DNA of 64,000 nt, taken from contig NC_043005.1 of the NCBI RefSeq assembly GCF_006345805.1, forward strand, positions 89,342,001 through 89,406,000, given 5' to 3'. Source of the DNA: Octopus sinensis (taxonomy: Eukaryota). Below, in pieces: positions 51,841-64,000 of the stretch (position 1 is the stretch's first letter; every line of letters starts with the position of its first letter). The position numbers were made by a program, and so were the translations under genes. Below the pieces are notes generated by a model. It worked only from the letters and a program-made list of their open reading frames with translations. It had not been told where the DNA came from and made no database searches.

Positions 51841-53656
51841 ATGTGTTCTTCTGTAGCTATCAATCGCAGACTTGCTGTGAATATGACTCCAAAACTGTCT
51901 TTAATGACAGTTGTACTTCAGCTAAGAGAAAAAAAAAACACTTTTACCAGGCGTTGCTTCCTTTTTGGCTGTTAAAAACCGTGTTTTTCATTGAAAAGGA
52001 GACTGGAATTCAGCATCACCTCCCGACACAAGAGCTGTGTCTCTGCTGGACATCTTGGCATACAGTCAGACATTTTACTGACTGTTGGAATGCTAGCAGA
52101 CCTGATCTGCCAACAGCAAATCCAAAGTATTGACAGAGAATTCCAATAGTGATTTACATCATAAAGAATCTAAGATCATCCTTTTACATCTGCTTCTCAT
52201 ATTGTTATGGATTAGACGGATTATCATGATCTGGGTCAGGTCTTCTTTGGAGTTCCTGCCCTCTTTCTGATGTAGATCAGAGGACAGTGTCTTGGTCCTA
52301 CATTCCATTTTTGTCATGATTTCTACAACTGGATGTTCTTTTTAATGCCATCATCATCATCGTTTAACATCCGTTTTCCATGCTAGCATGGGTTGGACGG
52401 TGTGACTGGGGTCTGGAAAGCCAGGAGGCTGCACCAATCTGATCTGGTAGAGTTTCTACAGCTGGATGCCCTTCCTAACGCCAACCACTCCAAGAGTGTA
52501 GTGGGTGCTTTTTGTGCCACCGACACAGGGGCCAGAGGAGCTGACATCAACCATGATCAGATGGTGCTTTTTATGTGCCACCAACATGGAATACAGTCAA
52601 AGTGGCACTGGCATCGAATACAATTAGATGGTGCTTTTTACGTGCCACCGGCATCAACTACGATCGGATAGTGCTTTTTACGTGCCACTGGCACAGAAGC
52701 CAGTCAAAGTGGCACTGACATTGGCCACGTTTTTACAAATTGTATTGAATGTATTTCATTGTGGAACAAGCACTTGGGAGGTTGACCTGTCCTCAGCAAG
52801 ACCACTGAGTGTTTTTCACACTCTTCTGTCTCATTTCCTTCACCAGTCACTTGACATAGTATGGTGGCTGCGTTTTAGCAAGGCACCCACATTAAAAGGG
52901 TTGTCCTGTGCTTTGCACAACTGAAGAGTCCTCTCTCCTCTGTGTTGCCCACATTCATTGAAGGAGAGTGTAGCTTAGAAGATGACTAAAAGAAAAGGAA
53001 CTGAGGGGAGGGGTGAAAAAAGAAGACAGAATATGAGTATGATAAGAGAAACAGAGACAATGATAGGCAGCTATACATTGGTTGTTGATAAAGAGATTGA
53101 ATAGAAAAAACAAACATGAGAAAGGGAGCTATGAGAATGATGCAGCAGAGAATGACTAACAGAAAAGGGAGTGATGTGAATAAAAGAGTAAAGAATAGAT
53201 ATAAAGAGAGAAGAGAGGGAGAGAACAAGTGGTGGCTAGCAATAAAGATGGATGATGGTAAGAGAGATTGATGAATGTCAGCAAAGAATGACATGGGCAG
53301 AGAGTGATAAATAATGGCCAAGAGGGAGCACTAATGACAGAGCCTATGCAATCTCTGGTTGCTCAGCCAACTGCAGTTCCTAAGAGATACACAGATTGAA
53401 GCCTGGCACTTATTCTATCAGTTCCTTTTGCCAAACTACTAAGTGATGGAGATGTAATAAACCAACACTGCTTGTCAAGTTGTGGTGGGGGACACAGGCA
53501 CAAAGGGACACATTATATATATAGATAGATGCAGGACAAATGGTTCCGGGTTCAGTCCCACTGCATGGCACCATGGGCAAGTGTCTTATACTATAGCCTA
53601 GGGCCCGACCACTGCCTTGTGAGTGGATTTGGTAAACAGAAATTGAAAGAAGCCTG

Positions 53657-53706
<50 letters not shown>

Positions 53707-54410
53707 GTGTGTGTTTGTTTGTGTGCGTGTATGATGTGTGTTTGTGTGCCTGTGTTTGTCCCCCACCATCGCTTGACAACCAATGGTGGAGTTTTATGTT
53801 CTCATAACTTAGCGGTTGGCAAAAAGTGACCGATAGAATAAGTGCTAGGCTTAAAAAGAATAAGTCCTGGGGTCTATTTGTTTGACTAAAAAGGGCGGGT
53901 GCTGCTCAGCATGGCCACAATCAAATGACTAAAACAAGTAAAAGAATAAAAGAATATATATATATATATAATATATGCAATTATTATGTAAATATCTCAG
54001 TTTGTATACATATGCAAATATAATTTCCATCTGATTGCAAAACGTTTCCATCATTTTGACCTGAGCAAAAATTATCTTTCGAGAAATCAAGGAATTTCGT
54101 TTTTGGTTATTTCCTTTTCTGTTCTTCTGTTAATCTTTCTAATGAAATATATTAACGTCCATCCAAATTTAATTCTATCCAAAAGCTTAAACTCCTCTGC
54201 TCAATATCTGAGAACGCACTCAACTGTCAACCATCTCAAAATGCCATCAGTAATTCTGGTTCTCTTTGTGGTTATTTATTTCTACGATAAAGATGAGTGT
54301 TGATCAAAAAAAAAAAGACATAATATATAAACAACTAAAAATAAATAAAAACAAGGCATATTACGAAGCATGTAACTGAGAAAATGAGGCCAAAAATGTT
54401 GTTTTAGTAC

Positions 54411-54742
54411 ATTATTATATTTATTGTTGTTATTATTATTATTTATATTATATTATTATTATTATCATCATCATTGCCTTTGCACAGCTTGTAACGCTGG
54501 AGATGTACTACAGTGTCAGCTGTCACTACCAGTGAACTAAGGTAATACCCTTGTTTTCGAGCACCTTCCGGAGTATTCAAGCGGTTCCAAGCAGTGCTGT
54601 TTCTGCAAGTGCTCCACCCTTATTGCAGACCCTATTTCTTCCACAACTATTGTTACTCCGACACTATTGGTACTACTGCTACCTTTTTCATCGACCACAA
54701 CTGCTTAACTTCCAAACTGTTGTATCTCTTGATCGTCGTCGT
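54411..54742 (-). mobile_element. R4/Dong-like (REL-endonuclease) non-LTR retrotransposon 3' fragment
   Basis: Minus strand EVKQLWSMKKVAVVPIV ... EIGSAIRVEHLQK.ALLGTA.ILRKVLE followed by a (TAA)n tail. Confidence 0.7.
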
Positions 54743-55015
54743 CATATTATTATTATTATTATTATTATTTATTGTTATTATTATTAAAGGCAGCGAGCTG
54801 CCAGAATTGTTATTGTGCTGGATGAAATGCTTAGCTGTATTTTGTCTGTTTTTATGTTCTGAGTTTAAATTCTGCCGAGGTCAACTTTGCCTTTCATCCT
54901 TTTAGGGTCGACAGATTAAGTACCAGTTGCGTACTGGGATTGATATCAATTAGTCCTATCCCCACAACTGCTGGCCTTGTGGAAAAATTTGAAATCATTA
55001 TCATTATTGTTGTTG

Positions 55016-55047
<32 letters not shown>

Positions 55048-57289
55048 GGTAGTGGTGTTGTTGTTGTTGTTGTTATTTCTTGCTTTGCTAATCACATATT
55101 TAGAAGCAGGATTTTCTGTTTGCTCTTCTTCTCTGAGTCATTTAACCAATGGAAGTAGAACTTAATAAACCATATGAAATAAATGGTTGCCCTACTTACA
55201 AAGAATTTGCATAACCAGTGACCTTTGGCTTATTCTATGCCATGAAAAGATAATGGCAAATGGTAATTTTTAGCATCAATTATTTTTTCAATGTTGCTGT
55301 TGTAATTGTTGTTGTTGTTGTTATTGTTGTGCCAGTGTTGTAGTCACTGTGTATCTAGAACCAAAGTATTCAATGCATCCTTCCTTTTTCTAATATGGAA
55401 ATTTGGTTACTATTTCTAACAGGGAACAACCACATGGGGATATCCCTCATTAACTCAGATGCTGCTAAATAAAGCAATTGATCTACAGATTTTGGTAAGG
55501 CAGCAGCAGACAAAATATCCTGTCATATGTATTCTGTCCCCCAATGTTCTTCTGCTATAGTATACCAAGCTGACCAAAGCCTTATGAGTGGATTTAGTTG
55601 AAGGGTGGATTTAGTTGAAGGGAACTGAAAGAAGCCCACCATATATTTATGGTGGGCCATATATATAGTGTGGCCGAGCTCCTTTCGAGTGTTGGGCCTC
55701 ATGGAGGCAAGGACCAAGACCTTTTGGCATTTGTCGTGCTTGGGAAGAAGACCCATCAAGCCAGTAGTAAATCACAGTTGTGGCAGATACCAGTGTCATG
55801 CAAATGGCACTTGTGTCGGCGGCACGCGAAAGCACCCATTACACACTCAGAGTGGTTGGCATCAGGAAAGGCATCCAGCCATAAAAAACAATGCCAAATC
55901 AGACTGGATCCTGGTGCAGCTTTCCAGCATGCCAACCCAATCAAACTGTCCAACCCATGCTAGTATGGACAATGGACGTTAAATAATAATGATGATGATG
56001 ATGATATATATATATCAAGGACATGCCACTGAGGTAGGCAATGTAGGCAGTGCCTACTTTGAATAAAATAGATCGATAGTAACATTTTTCTTTTATGGCA
56101 AAATATGCCCCTAATTCAATAAAATTATGAAGGTTATTCTGATTACTTTGCATAAAATACCAAATATTTTCTTTTCTTTTAGATTAGGGAGGCATAATTC
56201 TCCCTTGCTTTACAATCTCAGTATTTAAGCTACACATAATACTGCTGTAGTACACTTGCTGCATACACTCCTACAACACTGTTTTCTTTATGTGCTATAA
56301 AGGCAGAAGTAAATCTGCCTTCAACTCAGTCATGTGCCTATATTTCACTTACTGATGACACGTGCTTGATGTGTATATATATCATCATCATTTAACGTCC
56401 ACTTTCCATGCCAGCATGTGTTGGACAATTTGACTGAGGACTGATGAACCAGATGGCTGCACCAGACTCCAATCTGATCTGGCAGAGTTTTTACAGCTGG
56501 ATGCCCTTCCTAACGCCAACCACTCCGAGAGTATAGTGGGTGCTTTTACATGCCACCGGCAGGAGGGCCTGTCAGGCGGTACTGGCAACAGCCACGTCCA
56601 AATGGTGTGTCTTTTTAAGTGCCACCTGCAAACCGGCACAAGTGCTAGTAAGGCGATCATGCTAGAATGGTGCTTTTCATGTGCCACTGGCATGAACGCC
56701 AGTAGCTGACATTGGTTGTTGATAAAGAGATTGAATAGAAAAAACAAACATGAGAAAGGGAGCTATGAGAATGATGCAGCAGAGAATGACTAACAGAAAA
56801 GAGAGTGATGTGAGTAAAAGAGTAAAGAATAGATATAAAGAGAGAAGAGAGGGAGAGAACAAGTGGTGGCTAGCAATAAAGATGGATGATGGTAAGAGAG
56901 ATTGATGAATGTCAGCAAAGAATGACATGGGCAGAGAGTGATAAATAATGGCCAAGAGGGAGCACTAATGACAGAGCCTATGCAATCTCTGGTTGCTCAG
57001 CCAACTGCAGTTCCTAAGAGATACACAGATTGAAGCCTGGCACTTATTCTATCAGTTCCTTTTGCCAAACTACTAAGTGATGGAGATGTAATAAACCAAC
57101 ACTGCTTGTCAAGTTGTGGTGGGGGACACAGGCACAAAGGGACACATTATATATATAGATAGGTGCAGGACAAATGGTTCCGGGTTCAGTCCCACTGCAT
57201 GGCACCATGGGCAAGTGTCTTATACTATAGCCTAGGGCCGACCACTGCCTTGTGAGTGGATTTGGTAAACAGAAATTGAAAGAAGCCTG

Positions 57290-57323
<34 letters not shown>

Positions 57324-58011
57324 GTGTGTGTGTGTGTTTGTGTGCATGTATGTGTGTTTGTGTGCCTGTGTTTGTCCCCCCACCATCGCTTGACAACCAA
57401 TGGTGGAGTTTTTATGTTCTCATAACTTAGCGGTTTGGCAAAAGTGACCGATAGAATAAGTGCTAGGCTTACAAAGAATAAGTCCTGGGGTCTATTTGTT
57501 TGACTAAAAAGGCGGTGCTCCAGCATGGCCACAGTCAAATGACTAAAACAAGTAAAAGAATAAAAGAATATATATATATATAAAATATATGCAATTATTA
57601 TGTAAATATCTCAGTTTGTATACATATGCAAATATAATTTCCATCTGATTGCAAAACGTTTCCATCATTTTGACCTGAGCAAAAATTATCTTTCGAGAAA
57701 TCAAGGAATTTCGTTTTTGGTTATTTCCTTTTCTGTTCTTCTGTTAATCTTTTTAATGAAATATATTAACGTCCATCCAAATTTAATTCTATCCAAAAGC
57801 TTAAACTCCTCTGAGAACGCACTCAACTGTCAACCATCTCAAAATGCCATCAGTAATTCTGGTTCTCTTTGTGGTTATTTATTTCTACGATAAAGATGAG
57901 TGTTGATCAAAAAAAAAAAGACATAATATATAAACAACTAAAAATAAATAAAAACAAGGCATATTACGAAGCATGTAACTGAGAAAATGAGGCCAAAAAT
58001 GTTGTTTAGTA

Positions 58012-58029
58012 CATTATTATTATTTATTG

Positions 58030-58087
<58 letters not shown>

Positions 58088-58372
58088 CATCATCATTGCC
58101 TTTGCACAGCTTGTAACGCTGGAGATGTACTACAGTGTCAGCTGTTCACTACCAGTGAACTAAGGTAATACCCCTTGTTTTCGAGCACCTTCCGGAGTAT
58201 TCAAGCGGTTCCAAGCAGTGCTGTTTTCTGCAAGTGCTCCACCCTTATTGCAGACCCTATTTCTTCCACAACTATTGGTACTCCGACAACTATTGGTACT
58301 ACTGCTACCTTTTTCATCGACCACAACTGCTTAACTTCCAAACCTGTTGTATCTCTTGATCGTCGTCGTCAT
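58012..58372 (-). mobile_element. R4/Dong-like fragment, duplicate copy
   Basis: Part of the second unit of the tandem duplication. Confidence 0.7.
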
Positions 58373-60091
58373 TATTATTATTATTATTATTATTATTTAT
58401 TGTTATTATTATTAAAAGGCAGCGAGCTGCCAGAATTGTTATTGTGCTGGATGAAATGCTTAGCTGTATTTTGTCTGTTTTTATGTTCTGAGTTTAAATT
58501 CTGCCGAGGTCAACTTTGCCTTTCATCCTTTTAGGGTCGACAGATTAAGTACCAGTTGCGTACTGGGATTGATATCAATTAGTCCTATCCCCACAACTGC
58601 TGGCCTTGTGGAAAAATTTGAAATCATTATCATTATTGTTGTTGTTGTTGGTGGTGGTGGTGGTGGTAGTGGTGTTGTTGTTTTTGTTGATGTTGTTGTT
58701 GTTGTTGTTATTTCTTGCTTTGCTAATCACATATTTAGAAGCAGGATTTTCTGCTTGCTCTTCTTCTCTGAGTCATTTAACCAATGGAAGTAGAACTTAA
58801 TAAACCATATGAAATAAATGGTTGCCCTACTTACAAAGAATTTGCATAACCAGTGACCTTTGGCTTATTCTATGCCATGAAAAGATAATGGCAAATGGTA
58901 ATTTTTAGCATCAATTATTTTTTCAATGTTGCTGTTGTAATTGTTGTTGTTGTTGTTATTGTTGTGCCAGTGTTGTAGTCACTGTGTATCTAGAACCAAA
59001 GTATTCAATGCATCCTTCCTTATTTTCTAATATGGAAATTTGGTTACTATTTCTAACAGGCTGAACAACCACATGGGGATATCCCTCATTAACTCAGATG
59101 CTGCTAAATAAAGCAATTGATCTACAGATTTTGGTAAGGCAGCAGACAAAATATCCTGTCATATTGTATTCTGTCCCCCAATGTTCTTCTGCTATAGTAC
59201 CAAGCTGACCAAAGCCTTATGAGTGGATTTAGTTGAAGGGTGGATTTAGTTGAAGGGAACTGAAAGAAGCCCACCATATATTTATGGTGGGCCATATATA
59301 TATATGTGTGGCCGAGCTCCTTTCGAGTGTTGGGCCTCATGGAGGCAAGGACCAAGACCTTTTGGCATTATGTCGTGCTTGGGAAGAAGACCCATCAAGC
59401 CAAGTAAAATCACAGTTGTGGCAGATACCAGTGTCATGCAAATGGCACTTGTGTCGGCGGCACGCGAAAGCACCCATTACACACTCAGAGTGGTTGGCAT
59501 CAGGAAAGGCATCCAGCCATAAAAAACAATGCCAAATCAGACTGGATCCTGGTGCAAGCTTTCCAGCATGCCAACCCAATCAAACTGTCCAACCCCTGCT
59601 AGTATGGACAATGGACGTTAAATAATGATGATGATGATGATGATATATATTATCAAGACATGCCACTGAGGTAGGCAATGTAGGCAGTGCCTACTTTGAA
59701 TAAATAGATCGATAGTAACATTTTTCTTTTATGGCAAAATATGCCCCTAATTCAATAAAATATGAAGGTTATTCTGATTACTTTGCATAAAATACCAAAT
59801 ATTTTATTTTCTTTAGATAGGAGGCATAATTCTCCCTTGCTTTACAATCTCAGTATTTAAGCTACACATAATACTGCTGTAGTACACTTGCTGCATAACC
59901 CTACAACACTGTTTTCTTATGTGCTATAAAGGCAGAAGTAAATCTGCCTTCAACTCAGTCATGTGCCTATATTTCACTTACTGATGACACGTGCTTGATG
60001 TGTATCTATATCATCATCATTTAACGTCCGCTTTCCATGCCAGCATGTGTTTGGACAATTTGACTGAGGACTGATGAACCAGATGGCTGCA

Positions 60092-60302
60092 GGCCTACAT
60101 CAAATGCCTGGAGGAGGTAGTGCTGCCCTGGATGAAGAGGGTGGCTGCTGGACAAAGCAGGAGAACCCAATGGTGATTTTCATTGAATAAATTTACTCTT
60201 TAGTATTTCATGATATTTTTATGTAATTTTGGTAATTATATGTGTCAAGATAAGATGTGTTATTTTGCGTAATTTAGACAACAATATATTCACCGCGCCC
60301 TG
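60092..60302 (+). mobile_element. Tc1/mariner right-end fragment
   Basis: AYIKCLEEVVLPWMKRVAAG transposase fragment, then a terminal caccgcgccctg sequence. Confidence 0.55.
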
Positions 60303-61002
60303 TGCATATATATATATATATATACGCACTTGATCTAATGATGTAACTCAGTCAATGTTGTTGACTTTGTTTGAGTTAAAGCTAAGTCTGCTCAGAGTTG
60401 CCTCTCTTTGGTATTTCCAATTGATAATGGCTAAAGAGCTAGAAATGCATCAGGGAATCTGACGGGGAGCAACACTGCACAGATACAGCGTTTTTACACC
60501 TTTTTTTTACCATAAGAAGGAATTCTTTCTTCACAATAACTGCAGTGAATTTGCTTTTAGAAGTTGAAATATGCCACAAACATATTTTAACTAACCTAAA
60601 TTTCCATTATGCATAAACACTGCTTGGAAGTCATACTGCTGTAATACATAAGCACACATTATGTGGCCAATATTTTCAATCAAGACATTACAATCACATC
60701 TGGTTCTTAAAGTGTTTCAATTCTGTGCTTATACATATACTTACTAGATTGTTGACATTATTAATATTTTTATTCTTTTACTTGTTTCAGTCATTTGACT
60801 GTGGCCATACTGGAGCACTGTCTTTTAATCAAGCAAATCGACCCCAGGACTTATTCTTTGTAAGCCTAGTACTTATTATATTGGTCTCTTTTGCCGAACC
60901 ACTAAGTTACAGGGATGTAAACACACCAGCATCAGTTGTCAACGGATGGTGGGAGGGACAAACACAAACACACAAATTCATGCACAAACACAGACATGTG
61001 AA

Positions 61003-61335
61003 GGCGCATGGCTCAGTGGTTAGAGCATTGCGCTTACGATCGTGAGGTTGTGAGTTTGAATCCCGAACCAGGCTGCGTATTGTGCTCTTGAGCAAGACAC
61101 TTTATTTCATTTTGCTCCAGTTAACTCAGCTGTAGAAATGAGTTGCAACGTCACTGGTACCAAGCTGTATCAGCCCCTTTGCCTTTCCCTTGGATAAAAT
61201 CAGTGGCATGGAGAGGAGAGGCTGGTGTGCGTGGGCAACTGCTGATCTTCCATAAATAACCTTGCCTGGACTTGTGCCTCAGAGGGTAACTTTCTATGTG
61301 CAATCCCAAGGTCAGTCATGACCGAAGGGGGTCTC
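61003..61335 (+). mobile_element. tRNA-derived SINE family D
   Basis: ggcgcatggctcagtggttagagc head then ttgagcaagacactttatttc..gctccagt..actcagctg; related copy at about 48862-49160. Confidence 0.75.
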
Positions 61336-61343
61336 AGCATATA

Positions 61344-61399
<56 letters not shown>

Positions 61400-63229
61400 G
61401 ACAGGCTTCTTTCAGTTTGTTTACCAAATTCACTGAAGGCTTTGGCCGGCCTGAGACTATAGTAGAAGACACTGATAATATTGAAGTCACATTGTGAATA
61501 AAAGATTCACAGTATTTAGTAAAATATTTCCCAATTCAAACTCGACAGGAGTTGACTTTGAATAGCATCACAAACATGGTTTCTCTTATTGTTCTGAAAA
61601 TGCCATTTTCTATCATTAATAAAGCTGTCAACATTTTTGATGACACACACATACTAGCGTATACACACACACACATATATATATATATATAAAATACGTG
61701 TGTGTATGCATATGAGTACATGTGAAGTTTGTCATTATTGCTTCTTCACAAGAGACTAGCTGTGCTAAAAACAGTGTCATCATGTTTACATCCCCAGTTG
61801 ACATTTCATGCTGAAGTTCTACAGTTTTAGAATTTAATGGAATAATAAAACATCCCTTATTTGTAAGGCATGTAAGAGTTGGTGACAGGAAGAGCACCCA
61901 GTCTTAAAATATTTGCCACAAAAAGTATTTATTTGTCCAACCTTTACTAATATAGAAAAAAAATGGTTGTAAAATAAGCAAAATCACATAATGGTAAATT
62001 CTCTCCCTAAATGGCAAAATATCTCACACAGCAGCAGAATAGTTCATGGAACTGGTAAATATCACAAGGAAATGGTAAAATATTTTGATGAATGGTCAAT
62101 ATTTTACAGAATTGTTGAAAAATGTAGCACAGAAGAGCAGCAACATCTCACAGAATATGAAGATAGCACAATGGTAAATATGTGAACTAGAAGATTAAAA
62201 TAACTTTTTTGGAATGTGAATGTATTTACAAATGATTAAGAAAACGTGCTGCCAGTCCTTTTTTTGTACTCTTTGGTTTGGATGGCACCAACGCAATTTA
62301 TGTGACTTCATGAGGAAATATCAGAATAAAGAATTAGTAATTTCACTTCCAACCTCTTCACATTCTCCACTGCCATCATCATCATCATCACCACTACCAT
62401 CATTATCATAACCAGTTATTGTTATTACTCTCATCATTATCATATTAAAATCTTCCTCTTCTTCCTCCTCCTCCTCATCATTATCCCCACTAATACCATT
62501 ACAAATATCCTACACTGACCGCAAATCTGCCCTCACACCACCCTGCTTCACCCCAGTCTATAATTATGCCATGGTCTCCTTACTACTGCATATGCTAAGC
62601 ACCTAAGTTCATCATTGTCACTGTCACCACCACCACCACCACCACCAACACCATCACCACTATCATCACCATATCACTGTCATCCTTGCAAGAATGGCTT
62701 GGTTGGTTCAGCAAAATCTGACGAACCAGAGGACTACATCAAGCTCCAGTGTCTGCTTAGACGTTATTTCTATGACTGCTTGCCATTTCTAATGCCGACC
62801 ACTTTACAGAGTTTACCAAGCGATCACCACCATTCTGATTTTAACAATCACTTGCATGGGTCACATAAAACTTGCCTAAGGCAGATTTTCTATGGCCAGA
62901 TGCTCTTCCTGTTGCCAACCCTTTGGAAAGCAATGGACACCACTTGTATGATGGTGACACTCGTTTACAATTATCATGCAATGTGAAGACAAGGAAACAC
63001 ACACACAAATGTGCACTTACACTAATACACACATACACACACACACAATTTCACATGCTCCATCATGGTTGTTAGTGAATTGGTTGCCTATTTCTACCTT
63101 ACCTGTTTATATGTTTAAAATTCACCTGATAATGGCATGTTTTTGCCGTGATATATTTTAAGAATGCATTAATAAAATGCTGCCAAAACAGCTGTTGTGA
63201 ATTTTGAACCCCACTTGGGTTCCTTATGT

Positions 63230-63315
63230 ATGTATGTGTATATATATATATATATATATAAAATATACATTATATATATAAATATATATATATAATATAA
63301 ATATAATATATATAT

Positions 63316-63347
<32 letters not shown>

Positions 63348-63433
63348 AATATATATATATTATAAGTAATATATATATATTATATATATATATATATTAA
63401 ATATAAATATATATATATAATATATTATATGAA

Positions 63434-63478
<45 letters not shown>

Positions 63479-63482
63479 ATAT
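63230..63482. repeat. Long imperfect (TA)n microsatellite (representative of many TA, TG, GA, CAT, ATT tracts)
   Basis: About 250 bp of almost pure A/T alternation. Confidence 0.95.
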
Positions 63483-63905
63483 AAATGGAACAAAAATGCA
63501 ATAGAGGACAATGAAACATTCGAACAGATTGACGATACAAGATGGACAGAGAAACAACAATTAGAAGGACAGGCAAACAAAGACGGCTCATTCTTGGCTT
63601 TCTTTCATGAGTCAAGTACCAGAAGTCCCATCTATTTCAGACAGTTACACTTGAGATGGTTCAATCTGGTTGCTCCCCGAAAAAGTCTAAGCTAAGAGCA
63701 TTAGACCCCTTTGTAAGAAAGCTAGCGAAAGTGTATGGCAACAAAGACAAAAAACAGAGAACATGATACGCAATTATGAATACAAACAAGAAAATAACAG
63801 CAGGTGTCTTTCAACTGAGAACAAATCCAATTGCGCTGGTGTATATGAAGTGAAAACCTAAAGGCAGGAACATAGGAGATGGACATAAGAAGTGTTGGCA
63901 GGTGG
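63480..63905. mobile_element. Diverged repeat related to 26100-26420
   Basis: Shared blocks tacttgagat..caatctgg, ctaagctaagag..tagac, aacaacaggtgtctt. Confidence 0.45.
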
Positions 63906-63910
63906 CAGTC

Positions 63911-63941
<31 letters not shown>

Positions 63942-64000
63942 TGTATATATTTATATATTATTGAAGAAATTGGAGTCAAGAAGAGTACAGTTGGACAGAA

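Larger units (their letters stand above)
53075..60091 (+). repeat. Tandem duplication, period about 3634 bp (unit 1 53075-56708, unit 2 56709-60091)
   Basis: Both units start acattggttgttgataaagag and are collinear to gaaccagatggctgca; differences are mostly 1-bp indels and microsatellite length. Confidence 0.93.

Noticed and set aside
51870-52110. Minus-strand acceptor (t)n-ctcttag with short open frames
   Set aside because: No identifiable protein or consistent multi-exon model.
61003-61075. tRNA-like sequences (also 14924, 32774, 48862)
   Set aside because: No complete acceptor stem, and each continues into a SINE body; these are SINE heads, not tRNA genes.

Overview
AT-rich, microsatellite- and transposon-dense animal genomic DNA. 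The repeat families look like those of Octopus or another coleoid cephalopod (inference, no search run). One gene can be fully reconstructed: mitochondrial methionyl-tRNA synthetase (MARS2), + strand, 12 coding exons from 6553 to 43717. All introns are GT-AG with consistent phases, giving 1629 nt (542 aa plus stop), with an Arg-rich mitochondrial presequence and HIGH and KMSKS motifs. Upstream lie a palindromic NRF1/ETS motif cluster, a CTCF-like site and a divergent minus-strand coding exon for a probably secreted, PEBP4-like protein. Introns and the downstream region contain a decayed Gypsy LTR element, Tc1 and mariner remnants, several MITEs, a young 5'-truncated RTE LINE whose 3' end is the most abundant short repeat here, R4/Dong-like and CR1/L2-like fragments, at least four SINE families and a 3.6-kb tandem duplication that may be an assembly artefact. 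The most unusual signal is three unrelated repeat families inside MARS2 introns carrying Penelope-type minimal hammerhead ribozyme motifs. One has intact catalytic-core nucleotides on the sense strand and sits inside a near-perfect 453-bp foldback that would mask it. Another forms the tail of a tRNA-headed SINE. Repeat boundaries are approximate. No bona fide tRNA, rRNA or CRISPR array was found.
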